This document shows positions 46,321-55,569 of a DNA stretch of 64,000 nucleotides, in pieces. Every line of letters starts with the position of its first letter. Position 1 is the first letter of the stretch. Position numbers and translations under genes: made by a program. The DNA comes from Candidatus Levyibacteriota bacterium (GTDB taxonomy: Bacteria; Patescibacteriota; Microgenomatia; Levybacterales; UBA12049), in assembly GCA_963716145.1 (NCBI GenBank), contig OY970292.1, positions 901,404 through 965,403 on the forward strand. The letters run 5' to 3'. The notes under the pieces are model-generated. The model did no database searches. It saw only the letters and a list, made by a program, of their open reading frames with translations, and was not told the DNA's origin.

Positions 46321-47595
46321 ATGTCAGATACATCAACACAGCAAGATCTTATACAGCTTGAAAAAAAGCTTCTTGAAAGGCAAGAAAAACTTGATAACAA
46401 GCAGGAAGAGTTAGAAAAGGAAAAGCAGCTTGTCGAGAAAAAAAGACGGGAATATATTGAAAGATTGGAAAAAGCCGCTAGCTTGACAAGGGATGAAGCC
46501 ACAAAAAAACTTCTTGAAGAAACGGAAAAAGACGCAAGCGCTTTGATGGCAAAAATCATAAAAGAAAAAGAAGAAGAAGCCAAAGCAACAGCTGATAAAA
46601 AAGCGCAGGAGATAGTTGTTGATAGTCTCAAGCATGGAGCTCTTAGTTTTGTTCCTGAATATACTGTTTCGGTTATCAGAGTTGAGGAAGAAGATATAAA
46701 GGGAAGAATTATCGGTAAAGAAGGACGCAATATCCGTGCGTTTGAACAAGCAACGGGAGTTGATGTTGATTTGGATGAAGAAGGAATTATCAGGCTTTCA
46801 AGTTTTGATCAGATTAGGCGTGAAGTCGCAAGGCGCTCTCTTGAAAAACTTCTTAAAGACACAAGAGTCCAGCCATTTAGAATTGAGGAGGTTGTAAAAC
46901 AAACCAAAGAGGAGCTTGAGAAGATTATGCTTGAAGAAGGGCAAAAACTGGCTCAAGAAGTTCAGATCTTTAATTTGCCTGTTGACCTGTATCCGCTTTT
47001 GGGAAGGATGAAATACAGAACATCATATGGACAAAATTTACTAGTTCATTCACTGGAAGTTGCAAAATTAGGAGTACATATTGCTCATGAGATCGGTGCA
47101 AATGTAGATATTGTCAGAATTGGTTGTCTTTTCCATGACATCGGAAAAATAATTGAAGGAGATGGTTCACACGTCAAATTGGGAGTTGATCTTTTGAAGA
47201 AATACAATTTCCCCGAACCTATTGTTAATGCCGTTTGGGAACATCATGAAGACAAGCCTTTTTCATCGGTTGAGTCTGTAATTGTTCACGTTGCCGACGC
47301 AATTTCCGCTTCACGCCCGGGAGCTCGATACGAAGATCTTCAGAAATATGGTCAGAGGCTTACTGAAATGGAGCAGATTGCCAAAAATTATGAGGGAGTT
47401 GAAGACGCGTATGCCTTTGAAGCAGGACGGGAATTAAGAGTTATCATAAATCCCGGTAAGCTGGATGATGACCAAACAATATTATTGTCAAGAAAAATTC
47501 AGGAAGAAGTAAGTAAATCTCAAGCCGTACCCGGCGAAGTCAAGGTAACGGCAATTCGTGAATTCCGCGCAGTCTTCCCTGAGACAACTGTATAA
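46321..47595 (+). CDS. rny: ribonuclease Y
   Basis: N-terminal coiled coil, KH domain (IGKEGRNIRAFEQATGVDV), and HD domain (HSLEVAKLGVHIAHEIGA...FHDIGK). Confidence 0.85.
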   Translation: MSDTSTQQDLIQLEKKLLERQEKLDNKQEELEKEKQLVEKKRREYIERLEKAASLTRDEATKKLLEETEKDASALMAKIIKEKEEEAKATADKKAQEIVVDSLKHGALSFVPEYTVSVIRVEEEDIKGRIIGKEGRNIRAFEQATGVDVDLDEEGIIRLSSFDQIRREVARRSLEKLLKDTRVQPFRIEEVVKQTKEELEKIMLEEGQKLAQEVQIFNLPVDLYPLLGRMKYRTSYGQNLLVHSLEVAKLGVHIAHEIGANVDIVRIGCLFHDIGKIIEGDGSHVKLGVDLLKKYNFPEPIVNAVWEHHEDKPFSSVESVIVHVADAISASRPGARYEDLQKYGQRLTEMEQIAKNYEGVEDAYAFEAGRELRVIINPGKLDDDQTILLSRKIQEEVSKSQAVPGEVKVTAIREFRAVFPETTV

Positions 47596-47663
47596 AAAAC
47601 TCTCTTGACAAGTCCCCATTTTCCTTGTATTGTTAATCTAAACCGAAAGGTGGGTGATTTATT

Positions 47664-47936
47664 TTGACAAAAAAAGAACTAATTGAAATTGTTGCTAAAA
47701 AAGCAAACCTTACCAATAAGGCCGCAAGAGACGCGGTGCAGACAATGCTCAATACAATCCGTGACTCTATGAAACGGGGAGAAAAAGTAGTTCTCACAGG
47801 ATTTGGAACATTTAGTATTCGCTCCCGTCAGCAAAGAGTGGGGAGAAATCCCAAAACCGGCGCTGCCATGACCCTTGCTGCCCGCAAAGCACCAGGATTT
47901 ACTGCCGGAAAAACTTTAAAAAAGGCAGTGCGATAG
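47664..47936 (+). CDS. hup: DNA-binding protein HU
   Basis: MTKKELIE...GFGTF...RNPKTG arm motif; 90 aa. Confidence 0.85.
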   Translation: MTKKELIEIVAKKANLTNKAARDAVQTMLNTIRDSMKRGEKVVLTGFGTFSIRSRQQRVGRNPKTGAAMTLAARKAPGFTAGKTLKKAVR

Positions 47937-47953
47937 CATTAATGTAAATTTAC

Positions 47954-47988
47954 AAAGAAGTTTCCTTTAAAATAGGAAGCTTCTTTTT
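47954..47988 (+). terminator. rho-independent terminator (12-bp stem AAGAAGTTTCCT/AGGAAGCTTCTT + T-run)
   Basis: Strong hairpin immediately after hup. Confidence 0.6.
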
Positions 47989-48002
47989 GGTATACTTAAC
48001 AC

Positions 48003-48980
48003 ATGATCATTAATGTTGAAAATTTAACTAAATATTACCGTGTTCACCAAAAAGAGCCGGGGCTCTCCGGTTCACTTAAATCCCTTTTTAACCGTAAATA
48101 CTATGATGCCAAGGCAGTTGATGATATTTCATTCTCTATAGAAGAAGGAGAGCTGATTGGGTTTATCGGTCCAAATGGTGCCGGAAAAACAACTACGCTA
48201 AAATGTTTGTCCGGATTACTCTATCCTACAAGTGGCAAAGTTGAAGTATTGGGATACACTCCGTTTGAGCGTAAGCATCCGTTTCTCAAGCAAATCTCAC
48301 TTGTGATGGGCCAAAAAAATCAACTTTGGTGGGACCTTCCGGCAATTGATTCATTTCTCCTTAACAAAGAAATCTATGAAATAACAGACACAGTCTACAA
48401 AAAAACTCTTGATGAATTGGTTGAGCTTTTAGATGTTCAGGATATTTTACAAGTTCAGGTCCGGAAATTATCTCTGGGACAAAGAATGAAATGTGAACTG
48501 ATTGCAGCGCTAATACACAATCCTAAAATTCTTTTTCTTGACGAGCCGACAATTGGTTTGGACGTGGTGATGCAGCAGAAACTGCGTGATTTTATAAAAC
48601 AATATAATAAGCGTTACAATGCGACAATTCTTTTAACTTCTCACTATATGAAAGATGTTGAGCAGCTTTGTGAACGGGTGATCATCATAGATCATGGAAA
48701 AATTCTTTATGATGGAAAGCTTGAGGATATTGTCAAAAAATATGTTAAGAATAAGACTCTTAGTATTATTTTCGCAAAACCTGTGGAGGAAGAAAAACTG
48801 GAAAAGCTTGGTAAAGTTTTGGAAATTGACGGACCCAAGGTCATACTTTCAGTACCACGGGAAAAATCAAATCACGTTGCGGGGAAACTCCTTGAGAATT
48901 TTTCAGTTGAGGATCTAAATATCGAAGAAGCAAATATAGAAGAAATAATACGGGATGTGTTTTCAAAACACAAAAGTTAA
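48003..48980 (+). CDS. ABC transporter ATP-binding protein
   Basis: Walker A GPNGAGKTT, signature LSLGQRMK, and Walker B ILFLDEPT. Confidence 0.85.
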   Translation: MIINVENLTKYYRVHQKEPGLSGSLKSLFNRKYYDAKAVDDISFSIEEGELIGFIGPNGAGKTTTLKCLSGLLYPTSGKVEVLGYTPFERKHPFLKQISLVMGQKNQLWWDLPAIDSFLLNKEIYEITDTVYKKTLDELVELLDVQDILQVQVRKLSLGQRMKCELIAALIHNPKILFLDEPTIGLDVVMQQKLRDFIKQYNKRYNATILLTSHYMKDVEQLCERVIIIDHGKILYDGKLEDIVKKYVKNKTLSIIFAKPVEEEKLEKLGKVLEIDGPKVILSVPREKSNHVAGKLLENFSVEDLNIEEANIEEIIRDVFSKHKS

Positions 48981-48982
48981 CT

Positions 48983-49777
48983 ATGCGCTATGTCAGAATA
49001 TTTTTATTACATTTTCAAGATCTTCTAGCTCACAGAAGCCGCTCAATTGTTTACGTTTTTACCTATGTTTTCAATGCCTTGCTTTTTTTAGCTCTTATAA
49101 GAGGAGTATTCGCAAATCATAATTCTATTGGCGGCTGGACGTTGTCAACAGTGACAAGTTACTATTTTTTATTGATTCTGGCCCCGGCTTTTTTAATGAC
49201 ACATCCTGAAACAGCAATCCTTAGGGATGACATCGAAAAGGGTGAGTTGGCGAGCCGGCTTCTGAAACCGTTTCCTTATTACTGGCAAAGATTTTATCGC
49301 GAAATTCCTTATCGAATATTCCAAGGAGTACTCGCGATATTTATTTATCTTACATTATCAATTGTGTTTGGAAATTTTTTAAAGGTAAATTTGTCACTGG
49401 TGCAAATAGTATTAATTACAATAATTCTTATTTTAGCCTACATGATTTCATTTACGTTTAAAATGATTATCGCTATTATTGCACTTTGGACTACAGATCT
49501 TAGGGGAATTCAGGAATTTGTCGAAGTGATAATACTAATTTTCTCAGGTTTTATAATGCCGGTTAATTTATTACCGCATATACTAGAAAAAATTGCTTAT
49601 TTTTTACCTTTTTCCTATATGATATATTTCCCAGTTATCGCCATACAAGGAAAGTTAACTATTAATGCAATACTATCAATAGCTGGAGTCCAGATAATCT
49701 GGCTCACAGTATTGGTATTTATATTTCGTTATCAGTGGAGACGAGGACTCATAAACTTTACGGATTTGGGTCATTAG
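48983..49777 (+). CDS. ABC-2 family transporter permease (paralog 1 of 4)
   Basis: 6-TM hydrophobic protein immediately after the ATPase gene. Confidence 0.6.
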   Translation: MRYVRIFLLHFQDLLAHRSRSIVYVFTYVFNALLFLALIRGVFANHNSIGGWTLSTVTSYYFLLILAPAFLMTHPETAILRDDIEKGELASRLLKPFPYYWQRFYREIPYRIFQGVLAIFIYLTLSIVFGNFLKVNLSLVQIVLITIILILAYMISFTFKMIIAIIALWTTDLRGIQEFVEVIILIFSGFIMPVNLLPHILEKIAYFLPFSYMIYFPVIAIQGKLTINAILSIAGVQIIWLTVLVFIFRYQWRRGLINFTDLGH

Positions 49778-49781
49778 TAAC

Positions 49782-50573
49782 ATGAAAAAATATTTCAACA
49801 TTTACATTACCTTGCTTCGTCTTAATTACCACAGAGCTTTATCTCAAAGAGCGGATTTTTTTGCTGGACTTTTTGGGAGTATTTCATGGGCTATTTTTTC
49901 AGTTGTCGCGATTTATATATTGAGCGCAAGAGCCTCGTCTGTTTACGGATGGAATAGGCAGGAGCTGTTTATTCTCATAGGAGTATTTAATATATTGGTT
50001 GGAGGGATTTTCAGAACATTATTTGCCCGCAATTTCAATAATTTTCCACAGTTAATGCGCTATGGAGAGCTAGATAGTTTTCTACTCAAACCGATAGATA
50101 CACAGTTTGCTATCAGCACACAACGAGTGAGCTTGCATGGTGGTCCAAGAATATTTATCTCAATCTTGTTTACTTTTTTTGTGCTTTTTCAAGCTCATTT
50201 ATCAATCACTTTTTCTAGCATTTTAGCATTTTCCATTCTTGCAGTTTTTGGCTTGATTGCTATGTATGCTTTTTGGTTTTTAGTTTTGACCTTGACAGTT
50301 TGGCTTCCTGATGTATATAATCTCGAAGAAATTCTCTATTCAACAGATAGTCTCACGCGTTATCCTCCGCAAATTCTTCCTGCAATGAAAATTCTCTTAT
50401 TTTATGTTTTTTTCCCTTTTACACTTGTTGTAAGCACGCCAACAAAAGCGCTTTTAAATAAGTTAAATACCATAGATGTAATTGTACTAATCGGTGTGGC
50501 TTTTGGCCTTTTATTTTTATCGAGAAAGTTTTGGAAATTCGCGCTTCGCTATTATACAAGTGCGAGTGGATAA
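49782..50573 (+). CDS. ABC-2 family transporter permease (paralog 2 of 4)
   Basis: 6-TM protein with C-terminal ...FWKFALRYYTSASG, shared with paralog 4. Confidence 0.6.
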   Translation: MKKYFNIYITLLRLNYHRALSQRADFFAGLFGSISWAIFSVVAIYILSARASSVYGWNRQELFILIGVFNILVGGIFRTLFARNFNNFPQLMRYGELDSFLLKPIDTQFAISTQRVSLHGGPRIFISILFTFFVLFQAHLSITFSSILAFSILAVFGLIAMYAFWFLVLTLTVWLPDVYNLEEILYSTDSLTRYPPQILPAMKILLFYVFFPFTLVVSTPTKALLNKLNTIDVIVLIGVAFGLLFLSRKFWKFALRYYTSASG

Positions 50574-50574
50574 T

Positions 50575-51369
50575 ATGAAAAAATATTTTAAAGTTATCAG
50601 TAGCACATTTGATGAAATTGCGACATATAGATTTAATTTCATGATGTGGAGACTCCGTATAGTCTTACAACTTCTGACAATATATTTTTTGTGGTTAACA
50701 GTAACACCCGCAAGCGGACAGCTTTTTGGATACTCACGCTCACTTATTCTTACTTACGTTCTGGGAGCCTCACTTTTAACTAGTATTGTAATATCCACTC
50801 GGACGCAGGAGATAGGCGAGAACATAAATAGCGGAGATTTATCGCATTTTTTATCAAAACCGTGGAGCTATTTTGGATATTGGTTTGCGCGTGACATAGG
50901 GGACAAAGCATTTAATATTTTTTTTGCTGTAATTGAATTAACGATATTATTTTTTATTCTAAAACCTACGTTGTTATTGCAGACCGATTTGAGTATCCTG
51001 TTATTAAGTATTATTGCAATATTTTTTGCTGTGCTAATTAATTTCTTCATAGGTTGTTTGTTGGGGATGATTGGTTTTTGGAGTCCTGAGGTTTGGGCCC
51101 CGAGGTTTATTTTCTTTATTTTAATTGGATTTTTTGCGGGCAGTGCATTTCCCCTGGATATATTTCCAGGTTGGGCGCAAAACATTTTTCAATTTTCTCC
51201 ATTCACTTACCTTATATATTTTCCGTTAAAAATCTACTTGAATAAATTCACAAGCGATCAAATTATAACCGGTTTTATAATTGCTTCCATATGGCTGATA
51301 TTATTATTTCTTGCGACTAAATTTGTGTGGAGTAAGGGACTAAAAATATACAGTAGTCAAGGGAATTAA
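50575..51369 (+). CDS. ABC-2 family transporter permease (paralog 3 of 4)
   Basis: The start is set at MKKYFKV, the same N-terminal motif as paralog 2. 6 TM helices. Confidence 0.55.
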   Translation: MKKYFKVISSTFDEIATYRFNFMMWRLRIVLQLLTIYFLWLTVTPASGQLFGYSRSLILTYVLGASLLTSIVISTRTQEIGENINSGDLSHFLSKPWSYFGYWFARDIGDKAFNIFFAVIELTILFFILKPTLLLQTDLSILLLSIIAIFFAVLINFFIGCLLGMIGFWSPEVWAPRFIFFILIGFFAGSAFPLDIFPGWAQNIFQFSPFTYLIYFPLKIYLNKFTSDQIITGFIIASIWLILLFLATKFVWSKGLKIYSSQGN

Positions 51370-51370
51370 T

Positions 51371-52156
51371 ATGATAAGAAAATATATAAAAATTTGGTGG
51401 GTGCTTACGCTGGCGACATCGCAAATTTCTTTTCAATCACGTTTTGGCGCTGTTTTATTTTTGATTGGAAAAATTTTGCGCTTCTCTTTTTTCCTATTCT
51501 TCTTAGTTGTTTTAGTCACCAAAACAAAAGCAATTGCGGGATATACGCTTTGGGAAATTGTTTTCTTCTACGCAACATTTAATTTACTTGATGCTCTGCC
51601 TCAGTTTTTTTTCAGAAATGTTTATAGATTCAGACAGCAAGTGCTAAACGGGTATTTCGATAACTTGCTAATAAAACCTTTACCATCTCTTTTCCATCCA
51701 TTATTCGGAGGATCCGATGTGCTCGATTTATTTATTCTAATTGCGTCTATATTTTTTATTGTATTTGCCGGAATACGGATTGGAAACATAACATTTTTTA
51801 ATACTATGGCTTATTTAATTTTGCTCACCAACGGATTTTTGATTGCCACTGGATTTCACATTTTTGTTTTGGGAAGTGGAATTTTGACAACAGCTGTTGA
51901 TAACACTGTTATGTTGTATCGAGATTTGACTCAGATGGGGCGTCTTCCAATTGAGGTTTACCAAGAGCCGCTTCGTGGAATTATTACCTTTGTCGTGCCG
52001 GTTGGAATTATGATGTCTTTTCCGCCCAAAGTTTTTTTGGGGTCATTATCTTGGCAAGGGATAGGCATCGCATTATTAGTTGGGGCGGGAGCTCTAATGT
52101 TCAGCATAAGATTTTGGAAATATGCACTAAAACACTATACCAGCGCGAGTAGTTAA
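51371..52156 (+). CDS. ABC-2 family transporter permease (paralog 4 of 4)
   Basis: 6-TM protein with C-terminal FWKYALKHYTSASS. Confidence 0.6.
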   Translation: MIRKYIKIWWVLTLATSQISFQSRFGAVLFLIGKILRFSFFLFFLVVLVTKTKAIAGYTLWEIVFFYATFNLLDALPQFFFRNVYRFRQQVLNGYFDNLLIKPLPSLFHPLFGGSDVLDLFILIASIFFIVFAGIRIGNITFFNTMAYLILLTNGFLIATGFHIFVLGSGILTTAVDNTVMLYRDLTQMGRLPIEVYQEPLRGIITFVVPVGIMMSFPPKVFLGSLSWQGIGIALLVGAGALMFSIRFWKYALKHYTSASS

Positions 52157-52169
52157 AATTATTGTTTTT

Positions 52170-52500
52170 CGTTGAGTTTTGGGGTAAAATATGCCTTGAT
52201 CCCAGGAAGAAGGATCGCTACCCCGGGAAACCGGGGAGGAAAGTCCAGACAGGTGTAAAGCCGGGGACGGAGTTTACGCTCCGACTAGCAATAGCTGGTG
52301 ACTTAATACTTTACTCACATGCGGTATTAAGTACAAATTCTGAATTGTCAGAATTTGAGAGTAGCAGAAACGAGTGAGTCTGAAACGGATAATCCCACCT
52401 GCTGCAACCTCCGAATTGGTACGTTTGAGGCGCTTTACCCGAGTACCTAAAGTTTGAGGGCACCTCGCCGAATAGGCGGGCAAGATGAGTCAAAATCATC
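52170..52500 (+). ncRNA. rnpB: RNase P RNA (rnpB) candidate
   Basis: About 330-nt noncoding gap. GGGGAGGAAAGTCC is an exact match to the universally conserved P4 5' strand of bacterial RNase P RNA. It is followed by AGGTGTAAAGCCGGGG (compare AGGUAACGCCUGGG), and ACGGATAATCCCACC (compare ACGGUAAACUCCACC of E. coli M1 RNA). A CCCCGG-gaaa-CCGGGG P3-like hairpin lies just upstream. Confidence 0.55.
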
Positions 52501-52552
52501 ATGAGATAAATTGCGATTGGAAAACAGAATCTGGCTTACTCTCTTCCTGGGG

Positions 52553-53371
52553 TTATTTTTTTGCTTTTTCCGTGGCTTCTATTCGTTTTCCTTCTTCAAC
52601 ATATTGTTCTGAAATTTCCCAAAATTTCCAGAAGATTTGTTTGTACATTTCAACGAATGGAGAATTTATTATCTCAACTCCAACCTTATTACCATCTCCC
52701 CAACTTAAAATTGAAATAGTGTTATTAAATATTACCTGATACTGTTGAATATTTAATACTTTTGGCGGGATATATCTGGATTTATAATAGTTTCCCCAAT
52801 CAGGAACACTTGTGTACCAGTAATCTCCCTGATCTGTTGCGTTTTCTATTTCTATTTTTGTAATTTTCCTTAGGACCTGTTCATATCTGATTGTTTCCGC
52901 AAAATTTTTACCCGCGATATTGTTTCTATTTTCATATCCGAAAACCAGCAGTTCTTTTTTGGCCGCCAAATGATTCCAGAGCATTTGCTTTAGCCCATCT
53001 GTGCCACGATAGTGTTTAATCTCAATATTTTTTTGCTGGGCTGAGGGCATGCTGGTCAGTTCTCTTAAGATGTCCGGAAGATTTTCTTTCTGCAGTTTAA
53101 TTTCCTGTTCCTTTTCATGGATGACCAATTCAAGATTTTGTGGATGAGATGCTTTGAGTTTCATGCCCCGCTCTGCGTTACTTAACTCAATTAATTTATC
53201 CGCAATCAATTTATCTATATGGCGGTAAATTTTGGATCTATTAATATTTGTGTCTCTTGAAAGTTCAAGAGGCGTTTGAGGACCTTTATCCAATAAATGA
53301 AGGTAAATCTTTGCTTCTGATTCATCAAGTCCAAAGTTGGCAAGTTGCGAGATTATTATTTGTTTGTTCAT
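52553..53371 (-). CDS. TrmB-family transcriptional regulator
   Basis: N-terminal wHTH (EAKIYLHLLDKGPQTPLELSRDTNINRSKIYRHIDKL) plus a C-terminal TrmB-type effector domain. Confidence 0.65.
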   Translation of the reverse strand: MNKQIIISQLANFGLDESEAKIYLHLLDKGPQTPLELSRDTNINRSKIYRHIDKLIADKLIELSNAERGMKLKASHPQNLELVIHEKEQEIKLQKENLPDILRELTSMPSAQQKNIEIKHYRGTDGLKQMLWNHLAAKKELLVFGYENRNNIAGKNFAETIRYEQVLRKITKIEIENATDQGDYWYTSVPDWGNYYKSRYIPPKVLNIQQYQVIFNNTISILSWGDGNKVGVEIINSPFVEMYKQIFWKFWEISEQYVEEGKRIEATEKAKK

Positions 53372-53470
53372 ATAAACAATCAACAATTTTACAACTCATT
53401 ATAGCCTATATATAATCCTAAGTCAAGCAATGCATATATGTTTATCAATACGAACAATTAAATATTAAAT

Positions 53471-54424
53471 ATGAATAAATTTAAAAAAATCTTAATGCTG
53501 GGATATACAAAAGATGATTTGGGAGAAATTGAATGGAAGCGGTTAAAACTGCTTTCAGAGTCAGTAATTATATTGCCTAAAGACAGTTTGGAAATAGATG
53601 CAAATTTAGCTGATTGCGATTGTTTATTGGTTAAATTGGGGGCGACCGTAGATAAGCAAATTATAGATGCTGCGCCAAAATTAAAATATATTGGAATGTT
53701 GGGGACAGGTTATGGGAGGGTTAATGCAGTATACGGAGCAAAAAAAGGAATTACAGTATGTAATATTGCCGGATATAGCAGGGAAGGAGTTGCGGAGCTG
53801 GTTTTTGGAATTCTGATTGAGAATCTGCGCGAAATTGGAAGAGCAAAATCTCAAGCAGCCAATGGTGATTATTCAGAAGAAACCTACGTCGGCACGGAAA
53901 TAAAAAACAAAATATTTGGCATAATAGGACTCGGAAGTATTGGAGGAAGAATTGCCGAAATTGCCAAAAACGGATTTGGGGCAAATGTATGTTATTGGTC
54001 AAAGCATAGAAAAAAAGATGCTGAAAAAGCCGGAGTAAAGTTTGAAAATATTAATAGGCTCTTAGAAACTAGTGATTTTTTATCATTAAATTTATCCTAT
54101 GTTCCCCAAACGAAAGGATTTTTTGATAAACAAAAAATAGAATTAATTAAATCTGATGCAATAGTCCTCAACTTATCTCCGATGGAATTAGTTGATATAC
54201 CGGCTCTTCAGAATAGATTAGAAAAAGGCGATATTACTTTTATACTTGATCATTCAGACGAACTAAGTCCTCAACAGGTAAAGCAACTTAGCAAATACAA
54301 AAAATGCATCATGTACCCAGCAATTGGTTATGTGACAAACGAAGCAACTACAGCAAAGAAGGTTATGTTTATTGATAATATTGAAAACTTTCTCAAGGGA
54401 AGACCCTCAAATAAAGTCAATTAA
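53471..54424 (+). CDS. D-isomer-specific 2-hydroxyacid dehydrogenase family NAD-dependent oxidoreductase
   Basis: NAD-binding GIIGLGSIGGRIAEIA and conserved catalytic-region spacing. Confidence 0.75.
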   Translation: MNKFKKILMLGYTKDDLGEIEWKRLKLLSESVIILPKDSLEIDANLADCDCLLVKLGATVDKQIIDAAPKLKYIGMLGTGYGRVNAVYGAKKGITVCNIAGYSREGVAELVFGILIENLREIGRAKSQAANGDYSEETYVGTEIKNKIFGIIGLGSIGGRIAEIAKNGFGANVCYWSKHRKKDAEKAGVKFENINRLLETSDFLSLNLSYVPQTKGFFDKQKIELIKSDAIVLNLSPMELVDIPALQNRLEKGDITFILDHSDELSPQQVKQLSKYKKCIMYPAIGYVTNEATTAKKVMFIDNIENFLKGRPSNKVN

Positions 54425-54429
54425 AATTT

Positions 54430-55569
54430 ATGAAAAATACCGCAGATGTAGTTATTATCGGAGCCGGAATAATTGGCCCAAGCACTTCATATTATCTGGC
54501 TAAAAATGGAGTTAAAAACGTAGTTATATTAGATACGTATTCGGCAGGTGGTATGGCTACGAATGCGTCAGCAGCCATGATCATGCACCAGACAGGAGTC
54601 GAAGAAACTACTAAGCTTGCAAAATTATCCATCAACAAATATAAAAATTTTAAAGAGGAAGTTGGTGCGGATATAGAATTTAAGAGAAATGGAAGCATTA
54701 TTTATTCAACGACAAATTTAGGAAAAGATCTTCTGCAAAAGCAGGCAGTAATGCAGAATAGATGTGATGTATTAACAAAGATTATAGACAGCTCATTTAT
54801 CGAAAAGAAGAGTAAAGGCTTAATAAGCGGAAATGGTTTAAAATCCGGTATATACGCACCGGAAGATGCATATATTAACGCAAGTTTTGCAGTTAATGCT
54901 TATCTAAGTCGGGCAAAAGAGAAAGGTTTGAGAATTCAGGAACAAACGAAGGTTACTAAAATTGTTATAGATAAAAATAAAGTTAGTGCTGTTGAAACAG
55001 AAAAAGGTGAAAGAATATATACTGACACAGTAATAAATTGCGCAGGGGTTTATGCAGAAGACATAGCAAGTACGATTGGTATTAAAATACCTATTAAGGC
55101 AAGCAAAAAGTGCTTGGGAATCATAAAAAATGCTGAATATAAATATTTTCCAATAATGGAAGATTATGATTCGGGGTGGTATTTTAGACCGCACAGTAAG
55201 GGAATTTTGGTTGGGTTTGGAATGGGTAAATGGATTGAAGATGATCATAGAGAAGAGTTTCCCAAATTTGAATTACAAAAAATGAAGGAACTAAGAAGTT
55301 ATCTTAAACATCTAGCTCCCCAACTTATGCCAGCAGAGCTTTTATCGGGATGGGCTGGATATAGGCCGATGATTGATCCTCAATATAAAGATGCGTTGCC
55401 AATAATCGGAGCAGTTGACGGGATAAAAGGGTATTTTAATAATTGTGGTTATGGGGAGTTTGGTATAACTCTTGCACCAATTGGCGGAGAGCTAATTTCA
55501 CAAATAATTATGAACCAGCCTAATTCTGTGGATATTAAACCCTTTCTATTATCCAGGTTTAATAATTAA
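54430..55569 (+). CDS. FAD-dependent oxidoreductase (DAO family; glycine/sarcosine/D-amino-acid oxidase-like)
   Basis: N-terminal dinucleotide-binding VVIIGAGIIGPSTSYYLA; about 380 aa. Confidence 0.7.
   Translation: MKNTADVVIIGAGIIGPSTSYYLAKNGVKNVVILDTYSAGGMATNASAAMIMHQTGVEETTKLAKLSINKYKNFKEEVGADIEFKRNGSIIYSTTNLGKDLLQKQAVMQNRCDVLTKIIDSSFIEKKSKGLISGNGLKSGIYAPEDAYINASFAVNAYLSRAKEKGLRIQEQTKVTKIVIDKNKVSAVETEKGERIYTDTVINCAGVYAEDIASTIGIKIPIKASKKCLGIIKNAEYKYFPIMEDYDSGWYFRPHSKGILVGFGMGKWIEDDHREEFPKFELQKMKELRSYLKHLAPQLMPAELLSGWAGYRPMIDPQYKDALPIIGAVDGIKGYFNNCGYGEFGITLAPIGGELISQIIMNQPNSVDIKPFLLSRFNN

Noticed and set aside
46146-46749. Ser/Phe/Cys-rich minus-strand ORFs 46146..46730 and 46411..46749
   Set aside because: Low-complexity translation antisense to the rny gene's AAG/GAA-rich coiled-coil coding region; an artefact of codon bias.
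52162-52502. Small ORFs (52162..52377 and antisense 52274..52502) in the ABC-TrmB gap
   Set aside because: The region matches conserved RNase P RNA blocks and the ORFs have no coding features; interpreted as ncRNA.
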